Source: Hadesarchaea archaeon (GTDB lineage: Archaea; Hadarchaeota; Hadarchaeia; Hadarchaeales; WYZ-LMO6). Taken from it: 21,058 bases of DNA. Position numbers and translations under genes: made by a program. Shown piece after piece: positions 1 through 7,594 of the stretch (its first letter is position 1; each line of letters opens with the position of its first letter). The stretch is from positions 1 to 21,058 of the forward strand of contig JAPDJF010000021.1 in assembly GCA_029259185.1 (NCBI GenBank). Reading direction: 5' to 3'. The notes under the pieces were generated by a model. The model did not search any database and was not told the DNA's origin. It saw only the letters and a program-made list of their open reading frames with translations.

Positions 1-72
1 GATGAGTTCTCCAACTTCGGTGTTGGGCTCGTAACCGATGCGGATGCCCTTCAGCGCAACCACTCTGCCCAT
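1..72 (-). CDS. 5' end of a probable TnpB-like (IS200/IS605 family) RNA-guided nuclease gene, running off the window edge
   Basis: The minus-strand ATG at 72 reads MGRVVALKGIRIGYEPNTEVGELI..., resembling the N-termini I recall for archaeal TnpB proteins. A TATA box lies about 23 nt upstream. Only 24 codons are visible. Confidence 0.5.
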   Translation of the reverse strand, partial: MGRVVALKGIRIGYEPNTEVGELI

Positions 73-75
73 CAG

Positions 76-105
76 TATAGGTATAGATACTAACCTATAT
101 AAAAA
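76..105 (-). promoter_or_regulatory. TATA box and inverted repeat upstream of the partial tnpB-like gene (possible IS left-end hairpin)
   Basis: The minus strand reads TTTTTATATAGGTTAGTATCTATACCTATACTG-ATG. TATAGGT (76-82) and ACCTATA (93-99) form an inverted repeat overlapping the TATA box. Confidence 0.5.
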
Positions 106-133
106 CTCCCGATTACGCAACAGAACCCAAAGA

Positions 134-147
134 CCAAAGTTTTATTA
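134..147 (+). promoter_or_regulatory. BRE/TATA promoter of the AOR gene
   Basis: CCAAAG-TTTTATTA ends 28 nt before the TTG start at 176, matching archaeal leaderless or short-leader spacing. Confidence 0.6.
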
Positions 148-175
148 GCTGCATGGGATAGGAAAGACGATTCAG

Positions 176-2062
176 TTGTTCGGCTACATGGGGCGGATTT
201 TGAGGGTCGATCTTTCGAGGTCCAAGGTGGTCGAAGAGGAGCTGAACGCCGGGGACGTGAGGAGATTCTTGGGATCCCGGGGGCTTGGAGCCAAGTACCT
301 CTTCGAGGAAGTTAGGAGGGGGGTGGACCCGCTAGCCCCCGAGAATAAACTCATCTTGATGACGGGGGTTCTCACGGGAACTGGCTTCCCGACGGCCGGA
401 AGATACGATGTGGTCGCGAAATCCCCCCTCACGGGGTTTTATGCGCACGCGAACTCGGCAGGCTTCTGGGGAGTTGACTTCAAGCGCACGGGCTTCGATG
501 GGATAATCTTTGAAGGGATAGCATCGAAGCCCGTGTACCTCGTGGTGGAGGATGGGAAGGCTGAACTCAGGGATGCTGGGCACCTCTGGGGGAAAGGTGT
601 ATTCGAGACCACGAGGATGATCAAGGAGGAGCTGGGGGAGAAGTTCAATGTGGCTTGTATAGGGGTAGCAGGGGAGAGATTGGTGAGATACGCTTCCATC
701 TTAAACGACCTCAACCGCGCTGCGGGGCGGTGTGGGATGGGAGCGGTGATGGGTTCCAAACGTCTTAAGGCGGTCGCAGCGAAGGGAACGAAGCGGGTGG
801 AGGTCGCGGATCCCGAGAGACTTAGGGAGCTCATAAGGGAGACGGTCGATTCGGTGTCCCAGAACTTGCTCAAGATGAGCCTCGAGTCTTTCGGAACCAA
901 TTCGGGCTTCGACCTGGTAAACGCTCAGGGAGGAATGCCGACCAAGAACTGGCAAGAGGGGGTCTTCCCAGGGGCCGAGAAGATAAACGGGGCAGCACTC
1001 ACGGATAGGCTCCTGGTGGGGAACAAGGGTTGCTATGCGTGCCCCATCAGGTGCGCTAGGCTGACCGAGGTCAAGTCCGGCCCATACGCTTGTAAGACGG
1101 AGGGTCCGGAGTATGAGTCGATCGGGGCTCTGGGTGCCATGTGTGGAGTGGACGACCTCGAGGCCATCACGTACGCCCATAACCTGTGCAACGATTACGG
1201 GATGGACACCATAACCACCGGGAGCACGATAGCCTTCGCGATGGAGTGTTTCGAGCGCGGGATCTTGAGTGAGTCGGACACGGGCGGACTGAGGCTCAGA
1301 TTCGGAGATCCGGATGTAATGGTTCAGCTCGTTCACAAGATAGCACGCAGGGAGGGAATAGGGGATTTGCTCGCCGAAGGATCCAAGCGAGTGTCTGAGC
1401 GCTTGGGCAGGGGGTCCGAGCGCTTTGCGATGCACTCAAAGGGGCTCGAATTCGCGGCTTACGACCCACGGGCGGCCAAGGTGGTCGGATTAGCGTACGC
1501 GACATCGAACCGGGGAGGGTGTCACATGAACGCATACGTGCAGGTTCAGGCGTTCATAGGTGCCCCCCATCCCATACTCCCGGAGGATATAAGGGAACCG
1601 TTCTTCGATCCCCTTTCCGAGGATCCCGTGCTGGCTAGGGTGGTGAAGGAAACCGAGGACGCGTACGCGGTGCTGGATTCGGTGGGGGTGTGTAAGTTCT
1701 TGGGTGGATGGATGATGACAGCCGAAAAACTTGCGGAGGCGATATCTGCCGTGACGGGTTGGAAAGATTTCGATGAGCGAGAATTGAGGAGATGTGGTGA
1801 GAGGATATATAACCTTGAAAGGTTGTTCAATGTTAGGGATGGGTTGAACAGGTCCCACGACACCCTTCCGAAGCGCTTGCTCGAAGAGCCGGTGCGTGAG
1901 GGTCCATCGGCGGGGCAGGTGGTACACCTCGAGCCCATGCTGGATGCCTACTACCAATACCGGGGGTGGGACCGGAACGGGAAGCCCACTAGGGAGAAGT
2001 TGGAGGAGCTGGGTCTGAGGACGGAGTTCGAGGGGGGATCTGAGGTTGGCATGGGGGTCTAG
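176..2062 (+). CDS. aor: Tungsten-dependent aldehyde:ferredoxin oxidoreductase (AOR/WOR family)
   Basis: 628 aa. N-terminal GYMGRILRVDLS, KSPLTG, AAGRCGMGAVMGSKRLKA, 4Fe-4S CYACPIRC, EGPEYE, GMDTI, distal GVCKF Cys, and C-terminal YYQYRGWD. TTG start. Confidence 0.93.
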   Translation: MFGYMGRILRVDLSRSKVVEEELNAGDVRRFLGSRGLGAKYLFEEVRRGVDPLAPENKLILMTGVLTGTGFPTAGRYDVVAKSPLTGFYAHANSAGFWGVDFKRTGFDGIIFEGIASKPVYLVVEDGKAELRDAGHLWGKGVFETTRMIKEELGEKFNVACIGVAGERLVRYASILNDLNRAAGRCGMGAVMGSKRLKAVAAKGTKRVEVADPERLRELIRETVDSVSQNLLKMSLESFGTNSGFDLVNAQGGMPTKNWQEGVFPGAEKINGAALTDRLLVGNKGCYACPIRCARLTEVKSGPYACKTEGPEYESIGALGAMCGVDDLEAITYAHNLCNDYGMDTITTGSTIAFAMECFERGILSESDTGGLRLRFGDPDVMVQLVHKIARREGIGDLLAEGSKRVSERLGRGSERFAMHSKGLEFAAYDPRAAKVVGLAYATSNRGGCHMNAYVQVQAFIGAPHPILPEDIREPFFDPLSEDPVLARVVKETEDAYAVLDSVGVCKFLGGWMMTAEKLAEAISAVTGWKDFDERELRRCGERIYNLERLFNVRDGLNRSHDTLPKRLLEEPVREGPSAGQVVHLEPMLDAYYQYRGWDRNGKPTREKLEELGLRTEFEGGSEVGMGV

Positions 2063-3322
2063 ATGCCTGGCATAGATGACTTCACCCGTCCGAAAGAGTG
2101 GATCCCCGACGTGGCATATGGATTCGCTGAGGCGGTGCGGAACTTCGGCAGGGAGAGGTACCTCCCCGTCAGGAGGAAGATCGATGAGGACTGGAGGAAG
2201 CACGAGATCGTGGAGCCTCTCCTCAAGGAGGCACTCGTGGACTTGGGTATAAACAAGGCGATTTGGCCCTCCGAGTACGGGGGTATGGATATTCCCCGAG
2301 AGGTCATAGGAACTTTTACGGCCGTGATGTCGGAGGAACTCGGGAGGATAGACTCGGGGTTCGCCGTTGCGGTTCTCTGCTCCATCTGGCCCATGCTCCC
2401 AATAGCGCTGGAGCCTCACCGCAACCAGCGGCTGATCGAGGAGTTCGCCCCCAAGTTTTGCGGGGATGAGCTGTACGTGGGCTGCAATGCGATGACCGAG
2501 CCCCAAGGGGGCTCGGATATCGAAAACTTGGATGCTTTGAAGGGGAGGACGATAAGGACGACCGCGAGGCTGGAGGGGGATGAATGGGTTATCAACGGTC
2601 ACAAGATATGGCCGACTAACTCAGGAAAGGTGGCAGATCTCTTCGGGGTGGTCTGCACGACCGACCCCAAAGCCGGGGAGGAGGGATTCGCGTACATTTA
2701 CGTGCCGGCTGATGCGGAAGGCGTAAGCGTGGGCGAGCCTTACCAGAAAGCGGGGATGGCGGCGGACATGAACACGGACATATGGTTCGAGAACGTGAGG
2801 GTGCCCAAGGAGTATCGTGCTCACGGACCTGGGCTCGATGCGAAGTACTTCAGGGAGATCATTACGTTCGGGAACTTGGGTACGGCTGGATTTTCGGTGG
2901 GGGTGATCAAGAACACTTACGAAATCGTGAAGGAGTGGGTGGACGAAAGGGTCGTTGCGGGGAAGCCGTTGAAGGAGCATTCGATAAGCGCGGTGAATTT
3001 GGGCGAGATAGCCACGGCCGCGGAGATATGCACCCACGTCCTGTACATGGCAGCTAGGATGGTCGATCGCCCCGATCTCTACGGGGAGCCATGGTCTCCA
3101 AAGGTCGTTGCCAAGACCCGTGCGGTTTCGCTTTTCTGCAGCGATATGGCAGTTCACTGCACGAACAGGGCCATGGAGCTCATGGGGTCCTATGGGTACT
3201 CTAGGGAGGGCGACTTGGAGAAGCACTGGAGGGATTCGAAGATGTTGACCCTGTGGATGGGCGGGAGGCAGTTGGACCTCATCGAGATAACTCGCTATTT
3301 CTTTGAGTGCCAGACCCTCTAG
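2063..3322 (+). CDS. Acyl-CoA dehydrogenase family flavoprotein (atypical active site)
   Basis: AMTEPQGGSD, WVINGHKIWPTN, WFENVRVP and AMELMGSYGYSREGDLEKHWRD motifs. Starts immediately after the AOR stop. Confidence 0.9.
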   Translation: MPGIDDFTRPKEWIPDVAYGFAEAVRNFGRERYLPVRRKIDEDWRKHEIVEPLLKEALVDLGINKAIWPSEYGGMDIPREVIGTFTAVMSEELGRIDSGFAVAVLCSIWPMLPIALEPHRNQRLIEEFAPKFCGDELYVGCNAMTEPQGGSDIENLDALKGRTIRTTARLEGDEWVINGHKIWPTNSGKVADLFGVVCTTDPKAGEEGFAYIYVPADAEGVSVGEPYQKAGMAADMNTDIWFENVRVPKEYRAHGPGLDAKYFREIITFGNLGTAGFSVGVIKNTYEIVKEWVDERVVAGKPLKEHSISAVNLGEIATAAEICTHVLYMAARMVDRPDLYGEPWSPKVVAKTRAVSLFCSDMAVHCTNRAMELMGSYGYSREGDLEKHWRDSKMLTLWMGGRQLDLIEITRYFFECQTL

Positions 3323-3336
3323 GCCCATTCGATCCT

Positions 3337-3350
3337 CCAAAGTTTTTTTA
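3337..3350 (+). promoter_or_regulatory. BRE/TATA promoter (possibly also T-tract terminator) before the FadH-like gene
   Basis: CCAAAG-TTTTTTTA ends 22 nt before ATG 3373 and has the same CCAAAGTTT core as at 134. Confidence 0.55.
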
Positions 3351-3372
3351 GGGGTTCTTCCAAGATTGGCAG

Positions 3373-5292
3373 ATGGCCACCGAGCTGGAGATGCTCTTTG
3401 CCCCGATCTCCATCGGGAGGGTGAAGCTGAGGAATCGAATCGTGATGCCCGCGCTCACCACGGGTTACGCTTTCGGTGAGGTTACGGATCAACTGAAGCA
3501 CTACTTCGCAGCGAGGGCTAAGGGGGGTGTGGGACTGATAGTGGTGGGCATCGCGGCGATCGAGAAAGGAACTGAGTACGTGATAAGTGCCAGCGATGAT
3601 TCTTACATCCCGGGTCTTCGCGAGCTGGTCGGCACGATCCATGCTTACGGGGCGAAAACCGCATTGCAGTTGTGGCATCCGGGGAGATACGAACTCGTGG
3701 AGATCACGGGGAGGGAACCTGTTTCAGCATCGGACGTCCCCCCACCGATCTTCAGCCGCCGAAAACCTAGAGCGCTGACGGTTCAAGAGATAAAGGGGAT
3801 CGAGGAGGAGTTCGCCCAGGCCGCCGGGAGGGCGAAGGAGGCCGGGTTTGATGCGGTGGAGTTCATAGCCTCGGCCGGTTATCTGATAAGTCAGTTTCTC
3901 TCGCCCCTAACCAATCGGCGCGGGGATGAGTACGGGGGTACCCTAGAAAATCGGATGAGGTTCCTCCTCGAGATAGTAGAGCGGACGAGGGAGGTCGTGG
4001 GAAAGGATTTCCCCCTCATGTGCAGAATCTCTGGAGACGAGCTGATTCCTGGAGGGAACACCCTCGCCGAGATGAAGGTGGTGGCGAGGACCTTGGCCGA
4101 TGTAGGGATCTCAGCGATAAACGTGACTGCTGGGTGGCACGAGTCGAGGGTTCCGATGATAACGATGGAAGTCCCCCGAGGGGGGTACGTGCACTTGGCC
4201 CAAGGGATAAAGGAGGCGGTCAGGGGGAAAGAGGTTAGGGTGATAGCGAGCAATCGGATAAATGACCCAATGCTCGCCGATCGCATCCTACGTGAGGGGA
4301 AGGCGGACATGGTTTCGATGGGGAGGGCTCTCGTCGCGGATCCAGAGCTCCCGAAAAAGGCCAAGGAGGGGAGGTTGGACGAAATAGTTACGTGCGTCGC
4401 TTGCTGCCAGGGGTGTTTCGACAATCTCTTTGAGGGGAGACCGCTGACTTGCATGGTCAATCCCGTGGTGGGGAGGGAAGGGGAGGTGAAGATCGAACCC
4501 GCCGTGCATAAGAAAAAAATCTTGGTCGTGGGAGGGGGGCCTGCTGGGATGAAGGCGGCACAAATGGCGGCCTTGAGGGGGCACGAAGTCATCTTGTGTG
4601 AAGAAGACGGTGAGCTCGGTGGGCAGTTGAACCTAGCCTCGGTACCTCCGGGCAGAGAGGAGCTACTCACTGTCGTCAGGGAACTCTCCTTTCAGCTCGA
4701 GAAGGCGGGAGTGGATGTGAGGCTCCGGGCTCGCGTCGATCCCAGTTTCGTCGATGAGATCGCACCGGATGCTGTGATCATCGCGACCGGCTCAGTTCCG
4801 ATCGTCCCCAACATCCAGGGTATCGATTTGCCCAACGTCCTTCAGGCTTGGGAGGTTTTGGGAGGAAAGAAAGTGGGTGAAAGAGTGGTGATAGTCGGTG
4901 GGGGAGGCGTCGGCTGCTACACCGCTCACCACTTGGGTTCGCAGGGCAAACGGGTGTGGCTGCTCGAGATGCTTGAAAAGATCGCTAGGGATGTGGGAAT
5001 CACCACGCGCTGGGTTTTGAGGGATAGCCTGAGGCGAGAAGGCGTGGAGATCCATACTTCGACGAGGGTCGAGGAGATATCCGAGGAGGGCGTGCGCGCG
5101 ATTAGGGATGGGGATGAAAAATTCTTTGAGGCGGATTCTGTAGTACTGGCGGTGGGCTCGAAGCCGAACCGAGGGCTCTCGGAGGCCCTGCGCGGGAGGG
5201 TGGGGGAGCTGTACGAGGTGGGGGATTGTGTTGAGCCTCGAAAGGCACTGCAGGCGATCCACGAGGGATGGGAAATCGGTGTCAAGATCTGA
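3373..5292 (+). CDS. fadH: 2,4-dienoyl-CoA reductase (FadH)-like NADH:flavin oxidoreductase (OYE TIM barrel + 4Fe-4S + FAD/NAD(P) domains)
   Basis: LRNRIVMP, GYLISQFLSP, RGDEYGGTLENRMRF, GWHE (FadH His), CVACCQGC-x12-C cluster motif, and GGGPAG and GGGGVG Rossmann motifs. Confidence 0.82.
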   Translation: MATELEMLFAPISIGRVKLRNRIVMPALTTGYAFGEVTDQLKHYFAARAKGGVGLIVVGIAAIEKGTEYVISASDDSYIPGLRELVGTIHAYGAKTALQLWHPGRYELVEITGREPVSASDVPPPIFSRRKPRALTVQEIKGIEEEFAQAAGRAKEAGFDAVEFIASAGYLISQFLSPLTNRRGDEYGGTLENRMRFLLEIVERTREVVGKDFPLMCRISGDELIPGGNTLAEMKVVARTLADVGISAINVTAGWHESRVPMITMEVPRGGYVHLAQGIKEAVRGKEVRVIASNRINDPMLADRILREGKADMVSMGRALVADPELPKKAKEGRLDEIVTCVACCQGCFDNLFEGRPLTCMVNPVVGREGEVKIEPAVHKKKILVVGGGPAGMKAAQMAALRGHEVILCEEDGELGGQLNLASVPPGREELLTVVRELSFQLEKAGVDVRLRARVDPSFVDEIAPDAVIIATGSVPIVPNIQGIDLPNVLQAWEVLGGKKVGERVVIVGGGGVGCYTAHHLGSQGKRVWLLEMLEKIARDVGITTRWVLRDSLRREGVEIHTSTRVEEISEEGVRAIRDGDEKFFEADSVVLAVGSKPNRGLSEALRGRVGELYEVGDCVEPRKALQAIHEGWEIGVKI

Positions 5293-6502
5293 TTCGTTTC
5301 CTTTCGCGCAAAGGGGCTAGGGAGAGGCTGAGCGGGGCTATCAAGCAGAACACCACCCCTACGGCCAAGAATGCGAGATCGTAGCTGATCCCGGAGAGCG
5401 GGCTGAAAATCGTGAGTATCACAAGCAGGCCCCCCAGATTGCCGGAGGTCAGCATTATCCCCGAGGCCCCCCCAGCGTACTTCGATCCTATCTCGGGTAG
5501 GAGGGGAGGGTAGGCCAGAAGGAGCGGAGGGACTCCGCCGGCCAAAATCCCGCCGATGAATACGAATACCCATGTCCCAACACCGTAGGCGAACACCCAC
5601 GCGAGGAAGAGCAGGATTCCCGAACTCGGTGCACAAACCGAGATCAGGGGCTTGAATCCTCCCGTCCTATCCGCTGCGGCAGACCACAGGAGGTTGCCCG
5701 CCACCATCCCGAGAACTGCCAAAGAGGAGAGCGCTCCGGACTTCCCGGCACTCAGATCAAACACCTCTTGGAGGGCATGGGTGAGTCCGCCCGTGTACGC
5801 GATGAAACCTCCCAAGAATAAGAACTGCGACACCGCGAGTAGCCATATGTTTTTGCTCTTGATGGAGTGCACCACACTCTCCCTCATCGGGACCCCCCTT
5901 CTCCCCCCTCCCGGATCCGGAGGTTCTCGAGCCAATGAAGCCCAAACGAGCGTGGTCAGCACCATGCCCAGCCCCGTGAACGAGAAAGCCTCCTGCCATG
6001 AGGAGAAGAGGGTTCCAGTCATGAGTCCCAGGGAAATGCCCACCCCCATCGAGCTCACGTATATGCCCGAGGCCCTACCCGTTTCTTGCTCGGGAAACCA
6101 CTCCCCGACCATTTTGGGCAAGTTAGGCAGGACGATGGCTATGGAGACTCCCAAGGAGAACATCGTGATCCATAGCATCAAGAAGTTCACCGAGAGCACC
6201 CTCACCACACACGTGAAGGAGCCTAAAATGGTCCCGATCGTCACCGTGTTTTTGACCCCTAAACGATCCCCGACGATTCCTCCGACTATGCTCATGAGGG
6301 CGGCCGCGAGCGTCGGGGCAGTTAGGAGGAGGTAGAGTTCCCCGGTCGAGATCCCGAATCCGGAAGTCAATTGTCTTTCAAGGGAGGGGATGAGGTACCA
6401 GTTATAGTTCAGAAAGAATATTACTGCCCAAGCTATCGCGAGGATCACCCACCGATATGGAGTCTTCTCTTCCACCACGCTCTCCATTGGGAAGAGGGAC
6501 AT
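5282..6502 (-). CDS. MFS transporter (CynX/NimT-like)
   Basis: 406 aa, about 12 hydrophobic segments. PYRWVIL N-terminus, GIVGDRLG motif A, WFPEQETGRA and AADRTG. Confidence 0.88.
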   Translation of the reverse strand: MSLFPMESVVEEKTPYRWVILAIAWAVIFFLNYNWYLIPSLERQLTSGFGISTGELYLLLTAPTLAAALMSIVGGIVGDRLGVKNTVTIGTILGSFTCVVRVLSVNFLMLWITMFSLGVSIAIVLPNLPKMVGEWFPEQETGRASGIYVSSMGVGISLGLMTGTLFSSWQEAFSFTGLGMVLTTLVWASLAREPPDPGGGRRGVPMRESVVHSIKSKNIWLLAVSQFLFLGGFIAYTGGLTHALQEVFDLSAGKSGALSSLAVLGMVAGNLLWSAAADRTGGFKPLISVCAPSSGILLFLAWVFAYGVGTWVFVFIGGILAGGVPPLLLAYPPLLPEIGSKYAGGASGIMLTSGNLGGLLVILTIFSPLSGISYDLAFLAVGVVFCLIAPLSLSLAPLRERKRIRS

Positions 6503-6552
6503 TTATTTAATGTGATTTTGATTCATTTGTGGGCTCGAGTCGTCTTGGGGTC

Positions 6553-7260
6553 ATGCGGACTAAGAAGGATCCCCTGCTCTCACCCGTGGAGGTTCTGAGG
6601 ATCTCCGGAGAGCGAAGGTCGCGAGTGAAGGATGTGGTGGTGTCGGAGTCGGAAGTCGTGTTGAAAGTGAACGGGAGAGTAAGGAATCGCTTTTTCTGCC
6701 TTCCCGTTGATTTGGAAGAACTGGCCATTGGTCACCTCCTCACGGAGGGCTTTGACCTCTCATGGGTGCAGAGGGTAGAACTCCGGAGAGTGGACTCGAG
6801 GTATGAAGTGAACTCGGTGCTGCGGAGGGAGGTGCGCGTTGCTCCATCCCGGGTGAATTCAGAGATCCGTCTCAGCGCTGAAGAGATCTTGGACTCTGCG
6901 AGGGAACTCGAGTCCCGGGGAGCCCTCCACAGATCCACCGGTGGTACTCACTTGGTGGGGGTTCGTGGACCCAGAAGTATATTCGTCGAGGATGTGAGCA
7001 GGCACTGCGCCATAGACAAGCTCGTCGGGAAGTGTTTCCTCGAAGGGCTGCCTCGCATCGAAAGCATCCTGATAACCTCGTGCAGACAGACCCACTCGAC
7101 CATCATGAAAGCGGTGTTCGCTGGCTTTCCGGTGGTGGCCAGCCTTTCCGCTCCAACGCGTATGGCTATCGAGAAGGCGGAAGAATTCGGCGTGACGCTC
7201 ATCGGGTTCGTGCGGAAGGGGAGGTTCAACGTGTACACGAATGAGTGGCGGGTTCTTTAA
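6553..7260 (+). CDS. fdhD: FdhD-family pterin-cofactor chaperone/sulfurtransferase (atypical)
   Basis: DLEELAIGHLLTEG, TGGTH, EDVSRHCAIDKLVG, SAPT and GVTLIGFVR motifs. ATG 6553 follows GGGGT; an alternative GTG start is at 6529. Confidence 0.85.
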   Translation: MRTKKDPLLSPVEVLRISGERRSRVKDVVVSESEVVLKVNGRVRNRFFCLPVDLEELAIGHLLTEGFDLSWVQRVELRRVDSRYEVNSVLRREVRVAPSRVNSEIRLSAEEILDSARELESRGALHRSTGGTHLVGVRGPRSIFVEDVSRHCAIDKLVGKCFLEGLPRIESILITSCRQTHSTIMKAVFAGFPVVASLSAPTRMAIEKAEEFGVTLIGFVRKGRFNVYTNEWRVL

Positions 7261-7261
7261 C

Positions 7262-7277
7262 CCAAGGGTGTCCTTGG
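7262..7277. repeat. Perfect 6-bp hairpin right after the fdhD stop
   Basis: CCAAGG-GTGT-CCTTGG. Confidence 0.5.
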
Positions 7278-7306
7278 ACCCACTTCGCGCAATCACCATT
7301 TGCCTG

Positions 7307-7320
7307 CCAAAGTTTCTATT
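7307..7320 (+). promoter_or_regulatory. Orphan BRE/TATA-like motif with no downstream + strand CDS
   Basis: CCAAAGTTTCTATT shares the 9-mer CCAAAGTTT with the promoters at 134 and 3337. Confidence 0.35.
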
Positions 7321-7500
7321 CGACGCTTCGGCGTTGGCTGCGGCTACTTAGCAAGTTCCGTCGCATGGGCAGAAGCCCCGTGTGAAGCCCGACGGAAACC
7401 TTTCTTTGCTCCAGTTGTGGGGACTTAAAGCCCGAAAGGAGCGGAGCCTGTGAACCCGCACCTTCGGAGGGGCTCCCAACGCAAAGCCCGAGCGCGCGGG
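7321..7500 (+). ncRNA. Candidate structured non-coding RNA of unknown family
   Basis: CGACGC-TTCG-GCGTTG (7321-7336); TTCCGTCG/CGACGGAA (7356-7363/7390-7397) enclosing GGGC-AGAA-GCCC; CTTTGCTCC/GGAGCGGAG; GGAGCC/GGCTCC; a second cUUCGg at 7462-7467. Lies between convergent genes. Confidence 0.4.
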
Positions 7501-7536
7501 TGGATTCGATCTGGCGAGAGAAGCGTGCCGGGGGTT

Positions 7537-7586
7537 CTGATGAACTCTCGAGGAGCCCGAGCGTGATGAGTCCAAAGGAAAACGGT
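7537..7586 (+). ncRNA. Box C/D-like sRNA module (box D degenerate)
   Basis: CTGATGA (C) - 13 nt - CCGA (D') - GC - GTGATGA (C') - about 12 nt - no canonical CTGA. The spacing matches archaeal C/D sRNAs. Confidence 0.35.
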
Positions 7587-7594
7587 TTCATTCG

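Noticed and set aside
111-161. GATTAC (Asp-Tyr) after the left IS end as the continuation of the interrupted AOR, implying a circular molecule
   Set aside because: The frame reads DYATEPKDQSFISCMG*, not the expected YY..RGWD, and the region is the aor promoter.
7386-7560. AGCCCGA repeats as a CRISPR-like array
   Set aside because: The repeat is only 7-10 nt with irregular spacing (43, 56, 69 nt) and there are no cas genes.
7563-7583. Hammerhead-ribozyme-like string GTGATGAGTCCAAAGGAAAAC
   Set aside because: It lacks the invariant C of CUGAUGA and the CGAAA after stem II, and no stem I/III with an NUH site was found. A C' box explains it better.
7316-7591. 91-aa minus-strand ORF starting 3 nt after the GAPOR stop
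   Set aside because: Ser/Pro/Arg-rich with no recognisable motif, and antisense to the structured region. Not fully excluded.
7300-7594. RNase P RNA, SRP RNA, tRNA or SECIS as the identity of the intergenic structure
   Set aside because: No GAGGAA-N-UCC/ACAGAA pair, no intact SRP helix-8 motif, no cloverleaf, and no in-frame UGA in the flanking genes.
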